A stretch of 64,000 nucleotides of DNA from Mobula hypostoma (lineage: Eukaryota): positions 36,272,001-36,336,000 of the forward strand of contig NC_086108.1 of the NCBI RefSeq assembly GCF_963921235.1. The letters run 5' to 3'. The notes under the pieces were generated by a model, which saw only the letters and a list, made by a program, of their open reading frames with translations, ran no database searches and was not told where the DNA came from. The position numbers and the translations under genes were made by a program. Positions 52,140-63,851 of the stretch are shown one piece after another (position 1 is the stretch's first letter; the number at the start of each line of letters is the position of its first letter).

Positions 52140-53030
52140 CCATTCTCCTGCCTTCTCCCCATAACCTTTGACACCCTTACTAATCAAGAACCTTTAAATA
52201 TACACAATGATTTGACCTCCACTGCCATCTGTGACAATGAATTCTTACGTGTTCACCACCTTTGAATGAAAGAAATTACTTCTCATCTCCTTTCTAAAGT
52301 GACATCTTTGTATTCTGAGCTGTACCCTCTGGTCCTAGATTCCCCAACTATAGGAAGCATCCTCTCTACTTCCACTGTATCTAGGCCTTTCAAAATATAG
52401 CAGCTTTTGATGAGTTCCCCCACCCCACCTTCTAAATTCCAGTGACCAAAGACCCGAGCCATAAGAAGAGAAAAAATGAAATATGAAGGTAAGCTTGCCA
52501 TTAATATAAAAGAGAGTACCACATTTCTCTTCAGAGATGCAACGAGTTATAGAGGCAACAAGTGGATATCAGAAAAATGACGCTGGAGAAATAGTAATGT
52601 GGGACAAAGAAATTGTGGACTAACTTGATAATATTTTGTGTCAGTCTTAACTGTGGAAGACACTAACAATATGTCTGAAATTCGGGTATGTTGGGGGCAG
52701 AAGTGAATGTAGTTGCTATTACTAAGAAGGTGCATGGGAAACTGAAAGGTCTAAAGGTAGATAAGTTACTTGGATCAGATGGACTGCATCTCAGGGTTCT
52801 GAAAGAGGTACCTGAAGAGATTATAGAGGCAACTTTCTAGTCCTCGAGCCATTCCTGCATCTAGTGATTCTTGAAAGATCGCTGTTGATGCCTCTGCAAT
52901 CTTTTCAGATGCTTATTTTCAGAACCCTGGGGTGTAGTCTGTCTGGTCCAAGTGACTTATCTATCTTCAGATCTTTCAGCTCCCTAAGCACCTTCTTAGT
53001 AATAACGACTACACTCATTTCTCGCCCGTT
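52140..53030. mobile_element. Jumbled CR1 fragments in both orientations
   Basis: Minus-strand 3' piece (ILKGLD...GESRTRG) at 52140-52460; plus-strand ORF2 middle at about 52460-52830; inverted copy at about 52865-53030. Confidence 0.7.
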
Positions 53031-53131
53031 TATATTTCCACACTACTTCATCAGTTTCTTCTAGTTTCCCCTTTTTTCCCCACATGGCCATATCTTTCGA
53101 TGTCTACAATTCTGGCTTCCCAAGCTGACGG

Positions 53132-53650
53132 TCAGTGGCCACTTTATTAGGTACACTTGCAGACCTGCTCGTTGATGCAAGTATAATCTTTCTTTCTTTC
53201 TTTTTCAATCTTTTTATTAATTTTCAAATTCATAAACATAACAACAATACTAGTACAAAAAGATTGGGATTATATTATTGGTAATTAACATATGCAAATA
53301 TAAACTACAGATAACACAGGTATACTAAGCCTCCCAAACTCTTAATATAATTAAACATGATAAAATATAATCTGTCAATCACATGCAGCAACTCAATGCC
53401 TACAAGCATATAGACATGGTCAAAAGGTTCAGTTGCATTCAGATCAAACATCAGAATGGGGAAGTCAGACGGGGTTGTTTGAGCATCTCAGAACTGCTGA
53501 ACTCCTGGGATTTTCATGTATAATAGTCTCTAGAGTTTACAGAGAATGGTGTGAAAAACAAAAAAAAAATCCATTGAGTGATAGTTCTATGAGCAGAAGT
53601 GTCTTGTCATTGAGAAAGGTCAAATGAGAATGGCCAGACTGGGGCGAGCT
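53132..53650 (+). mobile_element. Tc1-like non-autonomous fragment containing a 176-bp LINE 3'-end insertion
   Basis: Starts TCAGTGGCCACTTTATTAGGTACAC (Tc1-type TIR); insertion 53190-53365 flanked by TATAATCT (53182-53189, 53366-53373). Confidence 0.65.
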
Positions 53651-54204
53651 AATGTCAACTGTGGGGTTATCACCTAACTTAATAGGGTGGTGTCTTAAAC
53701 ACACTTAGTGGAGCCTCATGGTGGATTGTGATCCAGTGGGGTATGTTGCCAACTGCTCCAATTATTGGAGCAAACTGAAAGGCCACATGAAGTTGGTGTT
53801 CAAAATAATGTGTGATTTATTAAACTGATGTGTACCAGGAGACCATTGAAAGCTGATCTACTTGAGTGTAAATGTCGTATAGCCTTTACATTCTCATTAT
53901 GCAGAAACAGTAAAACTAGGCATTGATAATAGAATGGTAGTTACAGAAAGACTTAATTAAGTAACACACTAGATCTTGATTACCGAAGAAAATAATTATC
54001 CACATATGTAAGTTAGTTAACAGTAATTCCAATTTTCTATTACAATAATGGGTGATGCTGCAACATAATTAACGAAGTTCCTGAAATTTGGGTTTGTCAC
54101 TGCTGTATTCCATAGCTCCACTTTTAGGCTTTGTCTGTGGTTCCCTCTTTCAACAGTAGCACAATATGCATCTCTATTTGCTTGTTATTAGAGCTCACTA
54201 TTAA

Positions 54205-57180
54205 TAAAACATAGGAGCAGAATTAGGCCATTTGGCCCATTGTGTTTAGTCTGCCATTTAATCATGGCTGATCCTTTTTTATCCCTTCCTCAACCCCACT
54301 CCCTGGTCTTCTCCCTGTAGCTGTTGATGCTGCTGCCAGTAAAGAACCTATCAATCTCTGCTTTAAATACACCCAACAACCTGGCCTCCACAGCTGCCTG
54401 TAGTAACAAATTCCACAAATTTACCAACTTATGGCCAAAGAAGTTTATCCCCGTCTCTGTTTTAAATGGATATCACTCTATCCTGAGGGTGTGCCCTCTT
54501 GTCCTAGACTCCCCCACCATGGAAGATATCCTTTCCAATCTACTCTGTCTAGGCCTTTCAACATTTGAAAGGTTTCAATGAGATCCCATATCATCCTTCT
54601 AAATTCCAGCGAGTACAGGCTGAGAGCCATCAAGCGTTCCTTGTATGATAACCCTTTAATTCCTGGAATCATCCTTGTGAACCTCCTCTGAACCCTGTCC
54701 AATGCGAGCACATCTTTTCATAGATAAGGAGCCCAAAACTGTTCACAATACTCAAAGTGAGGCCTCACCGGCACCTTATAAAGCCTCAGTATCACATCCC
54801 AGCTCTTGTATTTTAGACCTCTTGAAAATGAATGCTGACATTGCATTTGCCTTCCTCATCTCCGCCTCAACCTGCAAGTTAACTTTTAGGGCATTCTGCA
54901 CAGGATTCCCAAGTCTCTGCATCTCAGATTTTTGGATGTTCTCCCTGTTTAGAAAATAGTCTACATATTTACTACTTCTACCAAAGTGCTTGACCGTGCG
55001 TTTTCCAATATTGTATTTCATTTGCCGCTTCCTTTCCCATTCTCCCAATCTGTCTAAGCCCTCTGTAACCTTCCTGGTTCCTCAGCACTACCTGCCCCTC
55101 CACCAACCTTCATATTACCTGCAAACTTGGCAGCAAAGCCCTCTGTTCCATCATCTGAATCATTGATATACAGCATAAAAAGAAGCAATTCCAACACCAC
55201 TAGTTACTGGCAGCCAATCAGGAATGGATCTTTGATTCCCACTCTGCCCCTACCAATCAGCCAATGCTCTAACCATGCCAGTACCTTTCCTGTAATACCA
55301 TGACCTCTTAACTTGGTAAGCAGCCTCATGTGTGGCACCTTGTCAAAGACCTTCTAAAAATCCAAATACACAACATCCAGTGCATCCCCTTTCTCGATCC
55401 TACTTGTAATCTGAAAGATTCCAACAGGTTCGTCAGGCAAGCTGTTCCCTCAAGGAAACCATGCTGACTTTGTTCTATCCTGTCCTGTGTCACCAAGTAT
55501 TCTATAACTTCATCCAAATTCTTCCCAACCACCAAGCTCAGGCTAACTGGTCTATAATTCCTTCTTCCTTTTTTAAAGAGTGGAATGACATTTGCAATTT
55601 TCCATTCTTCTGGAACTATGCCAAAGTCCAAGGATTCTTGAAAGATCATTACTAATGCCTCCACAATCTCCACTGCTACCTCTTTCAGAACCCTCCGGTG
55701 CTGTTCATCTTGTGTACCTTTTGGCCTTTCAGCTTTATGAGCACCTCCTCTTTGTAATAGTAACCGCACTCACTTCTCTTCCTTCACACCCTTTAACACC
55801 TGGCACAGTGCTACTGTCTTCCATAGTGAAGACTGATGCAAAATACTCAGTTAGTTCATCTGCTACTCCTTGTCCCTCGTTATTATTTCTATAGGTTTTT
55901 AAAAGCCTCCCAATCCTCTATCTTCCTGCTATTTTTTGCTTTGTTGTATACCCTCTCTTTTGCTTTTACATTAGCTTTGACTTCTCTTGTCTGCCATGGT
56001 TGTACTATTTTGCCATTTGAGAATTTCTTTGTTTTTGGAATACATCTATCCTGACCTTGCTTATTTTTCCCAGAAACTTACACCATTGCTGGTCTGCTGT
56101 CATCCCTGCCAGCAGCACCTTCCAATTTACTTTGGCCATCTCCTCTCTCATACCACTGTAATTTCTTTTACTCCACTGAAGTACTGCTACATCAGACTTT
56201 ACTTTTCCCCGATCACATTTCAAGTTGAACTCGTCATATTGTGATCACTGCCTCCTAAGGGTTCATTTACCTTGAGCTCCCTAATTGCCTCTGGTTCATT
56301 ACATAACACCCAATCCTTATAGCTGATCCCCTAGTAGGCTTAATGACAAACTGCTCTAAAAAGCAATATCATAGGCATTCAACAAATTCCCTCTTTTGGG
56401 ATTCATTACCAACCTGATTTTCCCAATCCATCTGCATATTAAAATCTCCCATGACTTTCATAACATTGCCCTATTGACATGCCTTTTCCATTTCCCATTG
56501 TAATCTGTCATCCACATCCCAGCTACTCTTTGGAGGCCTAAGGGTCCTGCCATCAGGGTCTTTTTACCCTTGCAGTTCCTTGGCTCAACCCACAAGGTTT
56601 GAACATCTTCCGATCCTATATTAATCTTCTAATGATTTCATGTCATTCTTTGCCGGTGAGCCACGGCACCCCCGGTACCTGACTTCCTATCCCTCCAATA
56701 CAACGTGTAGCCTTGGATATTTAGCTCCCAACTACAACCATCCTTCAACCACGATTCAGTGATGGCCACAACACCATACCCGACAATGTGTAAAATGTGC
56801 AACAAGATCATCCACCTTATTTCTTATATTCCGTGCATTGAGATATTACACTTTTGAGTATTGTATTTTCTACCCATTTTGATACTGCATCCCTAATGCA
56901 CTGATGCTCACTCTGCTGGCTGCGTCTTTGTCCTGTCATCTGCCTGCCCTTTCTGACAGTCTGATTGCACGCTGTCTTTGTTTTTTTCCCCATCTGTCCT
57001 ATCCTGAGTCCCTTCATTCCAATTCTCTTTCCCCTGTCAAATTAGTTTCAAACCCCCCCCCACCAACAGTTCTAACAAACCTACACACGAAAATATTGGC
57101 CCCCACCTTGGGTTCAGGTGCAAAGTGTCTCTTTTGTACATATCATATCTCCCCCAGAAGAGATCCCAGTGATCCAAAAA
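54205..57180 (-). mobile_element. Older degraded CR1 LINE (EN-RT and end of ORF1)
   Basis: Fragmented ORFs [18 protein letters not shown]...QSQHGF, RVLKEVAVEIVEAL; same 3' UTR design as 1364-1455. Confidence 0.88.
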
Positions 57181-57577
57181 CTACTTCTTTCCTCTGTAAC
57201 AAGGCCAAGTTCCTGGAAGCCAGTGTGAACCTAGTGGACCGAATCTCCTTTTCTGTTACAATTATAAGATAAATGAAACTGTTACACTTAGCTGGTTTTT
57301 GATGGTAACAAGGTTTGCATCTTACTCGTCCATTTAAATCCTCCTTTTAGATTGCTGTCTTTGCCTATCCTTGCGGCATGCAAAAGGTACAGCCCAAGAC
57401 ATTTATCTAATTTTTGGTTAATCTGTTTTTCTTGAGAACACTGCTTTGATATATAGCAGAGTGACACAGTGGGAGCACGTTGGGCCTGCTTCTGTACACA
57501 CAATGGCAAGGGCATAATGAAGGTATGAAAACCAGAGAAGAAAGGTATCACCATTACTTCCCAGATGTTCTGAATTC

Positions 57578-57880
57578 ACATAGTCATAGTCATACTTTAT
57601 TGATCCCGGGGGAAATTGGTTTTCGTTACAGTTGCACCATAAATAATCAAATAGTAATAATAAAACCATAAATAGTTAAATAGTAATATGTAAATTATGC
57701 CAGGAAATAAGTCCAGGACCAGCCTATTGGCTCGGAGTGTCTGACCCTCCAAGGGAGGAGTTTTTAAAGTTTGATGGCCACAGGCAGGAATGACTTCCTA
57801 TGACGCTCTGTGTTGCATCTCAGTGGAATGAGTCTCTGGCTGAATGTACTCCTGTGCCCAGCCAGTACATTATGTAGAGT
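57578..57880 (-). mobile_element. Young-looking LINE 3'-end fragment (Rex1/Babar-like)
   Basis: (AGTCAT)n tail and TTTATTGATCCCGGGGGAAATT at the left end. Confidence 0.55.
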
Positions 57881-58694
57881 ATAGAGTAACATAGAGTAAC
57901 AGCACCTGTCCATCAGAAAGGATCAGAGCATCGTCTTTCAATTAATAAAGGAATTTACAATCCAGCACACTTAGTGCAACAAGGGTTCTCTAAAGAGCAC
58001 TGAGTACTTTGGGATAGTGTATTATCTTACGAAGAGCAATGGGCCTTTCTTTAAGGGCAGTTGCAGACAGGTCAGATTGTACCCATTGCACCAGGTGAAT
58101 GGGTCACTTTCCATGTGTTTGAGGCACAAATCACCATTCCTTGCTTGATTGGACTTAATCACAAAATAAAATTAAATAGCATTTGCCATGTCATGTCTGT
58201 GAAAAAGGATCTGTAGCATATTGACCATAGCAACAAATCATTCTTCAAGATGATGAGGGACTACTTTTGTTGGCCATTTGATAACTAAATTTTTTTGGTT
58301 CAGCACGCATTGTGGGGTAAAGGCCCTGTTCCTGTACTGTACTGTTCGATGTTCTATATTGTAGAGTTGGCCAGTTTTATCTTCAGTGAGTTTGCGTCCC
58401 CCTGATGCTAATTTCCTCTGACCGTGTTTCATAGGATACATGCAGTTTATTGCTTCCACAGGTGAATATGCCAGGATTCTCTGAACGTAACATTTAGGCT
58501 GTTTGTTTGTTCTTCAGTGCTCAGCAGTATGTTGATTTCATATCAGTTGATCAAAGTTTTTAATAAATGTCACTCGCTGGTAGTTACTTCAGCAAGGCTA
58601 GGACAGTGTAAATGGAGAGAAAATTTCAAGCATAACAGAGCCGTCCACGTAACAGAGCCGTCCACGTAGCTTGGGAGCTTGAATACAATGTAGA

Positions 58695-60070
58695 AGCACA
58701 TGGAATACTATGGTACAGTATGGGCCATGATAATACGCTGACCCTTTAACCTACTCTAAATCAATCTGAACCTTCCCTCCTACATAGCCCACCATTTTTT
58801 TTCATCCATGTTCCTCTCCAAGAAGTCTCTTAATTGTCCCTAGTGTATCTACCTTTACCACCACCCTTAGCAGTGTGTTCAACACAACTACTACTCTCTG
58901 TGTTTAAAAAAAATCGTACCTGTACACCCCCCATTCTTTCCTTCCAACACCTTAAAATTATATCCCCTTGCATTAACCATGTCCACCTTTGGAAAAAGTC
59001 TCAGACTGTCCACTTGATATATTCCTCTTATCAGCTTGTGCTTCTTTATTAAGTCACCACTCATCCACCTCTCCAAAGAGAAAAGCCCTAGCTCACTCAA
59101 CCTATCCTCACAAGTCAGGCCTTCCAATCCAAGCATCAGCCTGGTAAATCTCCTTTGCACCCTCTCTAAATGTATCACACCTTCCCTAAATGTACCACAC
59201 CTTCCCTATAATGAAGTGACCTGAACTGAACACTATACTCCTAAGTGTGATCCAATCAGAGTTTTATAGAGCTGCAACATTACTTTGTGGCTTTTGAACT
59301 CAATGTGCCAACTAATTTTAGGCTGATTTATACTTGTGCGTCAACTTGACACCATAACCTATGCAAGTGGCCTACGCATGTTGTGAGCATTTATACTTGT
59401 GCGTTGGTGTATCTGCGTCGCTCTGCAATTATCGCATGTCGAGCATGTGCACACACCTGCCGGCTCAAGGCTTCATAGTTATGGTAGTCTTTCGTGGGGT
59501 GAACAAGTTTAAAGCGAGCGTCTTTTTTCGTAAAAGCGAAATGTGTCCTTCATAATTTCGGAGGTCTATAAAGCTTTATGGAAAGCATTGCAGCCAGAGT
59601 TCCTTCCCTACCCTTTAGTCACCCAATGGGAAGCTATTGCAGCTAGGAGGAAATGCGATGCTACCAGGTGGACCAATCACAGTTACTGCAGTCTACGTTG
59701 CTGCGTAGCGTAGTTACATTTCGGGAGAGGTGCACGTCAGGCTACGGCATAGGGATCTGCGTAGGCTCTACATAGGGTCTGCAGCTACGCCGTACCTACG
59801 GTGTCAATAAGACGCAGAAGTATAAATCAGCCTTAAGGCCAGCACACTACATGCCTCTTAATCACCTTATCAACCTGAAGGATCTATGGATTTGAATCCC
59901 ATGATCCCTTTGTTCCTCCACGCTGTTAAGAATCCTGCCATTAACCATGCCAAATACAACTTTCCAAAGTGAATCACTTCACCCTTTTCCAGTTTGAACT
60001 CATTTGCCACTTCTTAGTTTAGTTCTGTATCCTATCAATATCCCGTGGTAACCTACAACAATCTTCTGCC
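58695..60070 (-). mobile_element. CR1 3' fragment interrupted by a MITE
   Basis: LERVQRRFTRLM.GLEGL...LSELGLFSLE (58891-59178); resumes after 59835. Confidence 0.75.
59321..59832. mobile_element. PIF/Harbinger-type MITE (512 bp)
   Basis: TIRs GGCTGATTTATACTTGTGCGTC / GACGCAGAAGTATAAATCAGCC; 3-bp TSD TTA (59318-59320, 59833-59835). Confidence 0.85.
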
Positions 60071-60129
60071 ATCATCAGTATATTTTATCACTTCCTTAGA
60101 GAATTCACTCAGGCTTGTGAGTTATGACT

Positions 60130-60555
60130 TGTCCATCAGAAGATTGACTTTAAAATATTACTGTTGGTTTATAAAGCACTGAATGGTCTAGGGCCAGAAT
60201 GCATCTCCGATCTCTTGCTGCATTATGAACCTTCCCAAGCTCTCAGGCCTCTGGGGCAGGTCTACTTACTATCAAAACTACACATGGTGAAACAGCTTTT
60301 AGTTACTTTGCTCCACATATGTGGAATAACCTTCCAGAGGATCCGAAGTCTGCCCCAACTTTAAGCTCTTTTAAATCGCAGCTTAAATCTTTTCTTTTTG
60401 CTGTAGCTTTTAATTAGAACCTCTTGCATTGTAGCTTCAATTTATCATATCTATTTTAAATTTTCTTGAATGTTGTTTGAAATTTGATGTTTGATTTTTA
60501 TAACTTGCTCTATGTAAAGCACTTTGAATTGCCTTGTGTTTGAATAGTGCCATAC
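60130..60555 (+). mobile_element. L2 LINE 3' fragment
   Basis: IDFKILLLVYKALNGLGPECISDLL...AFSYFAPHMWNNLP; 3' end TGTAAAGCACTTTGAATTGCC. Confidence 0.75.
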
Positions 60556-60589
60556 TTTGCTGGCTTGCTCACAAAGCCATGTTGACTAC

Positions 60590-60668
60590 CCAGAAACGTC
60601 GACTGTTTACTCTTCACCATAGGTGCTGCCTGGCCTGTTGAGTTCCTCCAGCATTTAATGTGTGTTGA
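60590..60668 (+). repeat. Penelope-derived terminal repeat fragment
   Basis: GAAACGTCGACTGTTTACTC...GCTGCCTGGCCTGTTGAGTTCCTCCAGCATT. Confidence 0.7.
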
Positions 60669-61094
60669 TTATTGTTAGCTAATTTTTCTTGTTGGAACCA
60701 CTGACTAAAGAGGAACATATTCTGACCAAATGTTAATTTAAAGGAAGTTTTCAAAAGGGAATGTCGGTAAAATGAAGGTTGAGAAAATGGAAGATAAATT
60801 TAAAGTCACTTTCCAAATTAGAGGCAAAGAAAAAGTTAAAAAAAATACATTTTCTGGTTGATTACAGTGAAGAAAAACCTTTTGTTATACTTCAAGATTT
60901 GAAATCTTGTAGGACAATATTTGCGTCACAGAAGCAAAGCCTAGGGGATTGGGAATGGAGTGGGGGGATGTTTATTAATGGCTAGGATATTGATGCAGCC
61001 AAGGCTTGTTGATCTTTGCTGGAAATAGACAGCTATCCAAATTTTGAAGCGTTAGCAGGCAAATTCAAATTATTAGTCAAAATCAAACTAAAAT

Positions 61095-62187
61095 GATAAG
61101 ACCGTAAGATATAGGAGCAGGATTAGGCCATTTGGCTCAGTGACTCAGCTCTGCTGTTTCATCATGGCTGATCCATTTTTCCTCTCAACCCCAATCTCCT
61201 GTCTTCACCCTGTATCCCTTCATGTCCTGACCAATCAAGAATTTATCAACTTCTGCCTTAACTGTGGCAAAGAATTCCACAAATTCACGACTCTGGGTAA
61301 AGAAATTCTTTAAGACGTCCATCTGTTCTGAGCTGTGTCCTCTGGTCCTAGACTCTCGCACTACAGGAAATTTCCTCTCCACATACACTCTATCAAGGCC
61401 TTTCAACATCCAAATAAGTTTCAGTTAGCTAGCCCTTCATTCTCTAAATTCCAAGCCATCAAAATACAGACCCAAGCCATCAAACACTCTTCATATGACA
61501 AGCCCTTCAATCCTGGAATAATTTTTGTGAACCTCCTTTGAACCGTCTCCAGCAACAGCACATTCCTTCCAAGTGAAGGATTCCAAAACTGCTCACAATA
61601 CTCCAAGTGAGACCTCACCAGTGATTTATAAAGCCTCAACATTACATCCTTGCTTTTATATTCTAGTCGTTTTGACATGAATGCTAACATTCCAGTTGCC
61701 TTCCTCACCACAGACTCAAGCTGCAGATTAAGCTTTAAGGAATTGTTCATAAGGACTCCCAAGTCCCGTTGCACCTCAGATTTTTGAATTTTCTTTCTAC
61801 TTAGAAAATAGTGTATCTTTTTATTTTTCTCTACCAAAGTGCATGAGCATGCACTTCCCGACACTGTATTCCATCTGCCACTTCTTTGCTTATGCTTCTA
61901 ATCTGTCTAAGTCCTTCTGTAACTTTTCTACTTCCTCAAAACTACCTATATTCAATCATCTGTAAACTTTGCAATAAAGCCATCAGTTCCATCATCCAAA
62001 TCATTGACGTATAATGTTAAAAGAATTGATCCCAACACAGACCCCTGTGGGGGAATATCACTAGTCACCGGCAGCCAACCAGTAAAGGCTCCCTTTATTC
62101 CCACACTTTACCTGCTGCCAGTCAGCCACAGCTTTATCAATGCTAGAATCTTTCCTGTAATACTATGGGCTCTTCACTTGTTAACAT
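61095..62187 (-). mobile_element. 5'-truncated CR1 LINE
   Basis: QRDLGV...LYKSLVRSHLEYCEQFW...VQRRFTKIIPGL; (ATAAGACC/ATAAGAT)-type tail at about 61096-61112. Confidence 0.85.
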
Positions 62188-62680
62188 GTAATATGAGGCT
62201 CCTTAACAAGATGAAATCCTATGGCTTTACAGGAAAATTATTGGCATCGATAGAGGAATGGCTGACAGGCAGGAGGCATTGAGTGGGAATAAAGGAGGAA
62301 TTTTCTGGTTGGCTGCTAGTGGCTGGTGGTGTTCCTTGGGGTCAGTATTGGGACCGCTACTTTTCACATTGTTTGTCAGTGATTTAGATAATGCAATTGA
62401 TGGCTTTATGGCAAAGCTTCTGGATGATACAAAGATAGGTAGAGGGGTAGGAAGTGCTGAGGAAGCATTGCAATTGCAGCTGGATTTAGATAAATTGGAA
62501 GAATCGACAAAAATGTGGCAGATGGAATGCTGTGTTGGGAAATGTATGATAATGTGTTTTGGTAAAAGGAACAATAATGCAGGCTATTATCTAAATGGGG
62601 AGAAACTTTGAACATCAGAGGTACAGAGGGACTTAGGAATCTTCGTGCAAGACTCGCAGAAGATTAATTGGAAGAGGTAG

Positions 62681-62716
62681 AGTCGACGTTTCAGGCTGAG
62701 ACCCTTCGTCAGGACT
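62681..62716 (-). ncRNA. Minimal type I hammerhead ribozyme motif, intact core
   Basis: 5'-AGUC CUGACGA AGG-GUCUCAG-CCU GAAAC GUC^GACU-3': stem I AGUC/GACU, CUGANGA, stem II AGG/CCU, GAAA, palindromic ACGU stem III, GUC cleavage triplet. Confidence 0.75.
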
Positions 62717-63815
62717 AACTGAAGGAAGAGTTAGTAAGAGATTTGAAAGTTGGAGGGGGAGGGGGAGATCCAAAATGATAGGAGAAGACAGGAGGGGGAG
62801 GGATGGAGCCAAGAGCTGGACAGGTGATTGGCAAAGGGGATATGAGAGCATCATGGGACAGGAGGCCCAGGGAGAAAGACAAGGGTGGGGGGGTACCCAG
62901 AGGATGGGCAAGGGGTATAGTCAGAGGGACAGAGGGAGAAAAAGGAGAGTGAGAGAAAGAATGTGTGTATAAAAATAAATAACAGATGGGGTACGAGGGG
63001 GAGGTGGGGCATTAGCGAAAGTTAGAGAAGTCAATGTTCATACCATCAAGTTGGAGGCTATCCAGACGGAATATAAGGTGTTGTTCCTTCAACCTGAGTG
63101 TGGCTTCATCTTTACAGTAGAGGAGCCCGTGGATAGACATGTCAGAATGGGAATGGGATGAGGAATTAAAATGTGTGGCCCCAGAGAGTCCTTCCAGGTG
63201 AGGCGACACTTCACCTGTGAGTCGGCTGGGGTGATATACTGCGTCCGGTGCTCCCGATGTGGCCTTCTATAGGCGAGACCCGACGCAGACTGGGAGACCG
63301 CTTTGCTGAACACCCACACTCTGTCCGCCAGAGAAAGCAGGATCTCCCAGTGCCCACACATTTTAATTCCACATCCCATTCCCATTCTGACATGTCTATC
63401 CACGGCTTCCTCTACTGTAAAGGTGAAGCCACACTCAGGTTGGAGGAACAACACCTTATATTCCGTCTGGGCAGCCTCCAACCTGATGGCATGAACATTG
63501 ACTTCTCTAACTTCCGCTAATGCCCCACCTCCCCCTCGTACCCCATCCATTATTTACTTTTATACACACATTCTTTCTCTCACTCTCCTTTTTCTCCCTC
63601 TGTCCCTCTGACTATACCCCTTGCCCATCCTCTGAGTCCCCCCCACCCCTTGTCTTTCTCCCCGGATCTCCTGTCCCATGATCCTGTCATATCCCCTTTG
63701 CCAATCACCTGTCCAGCTCTTGGCTCCATCCCTCCCCCTCCTGTCTTCTCCTATCATTTTGGATCTCCCCCTCCCCCTCCCACTTTCAAATCTCTTACTA
63801 ACTCTTCCTTCAGTT

Positions 63816-63851
63816 AGTCCTGACGAAGGGTCTCGGCCTGAAACATCAACT
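63816..63851 (+). ncRNA. Minimal type I hammerhead ribozyme motif, CpG-decayed
   Basis: AGUC CUGACGA AGGGUCUCGGCCU GAAAC AUC AACU; two G>A changes break the ACGU palindrome and weaken stem I. Confidence 0.6.

Noticed and set aside
58633..58666. 17-bp tandem duplication TAACAGAGCCGTCCACG x2
   Set aside because: Simple local duplication, two units, no spacers; not CRISPR-like.
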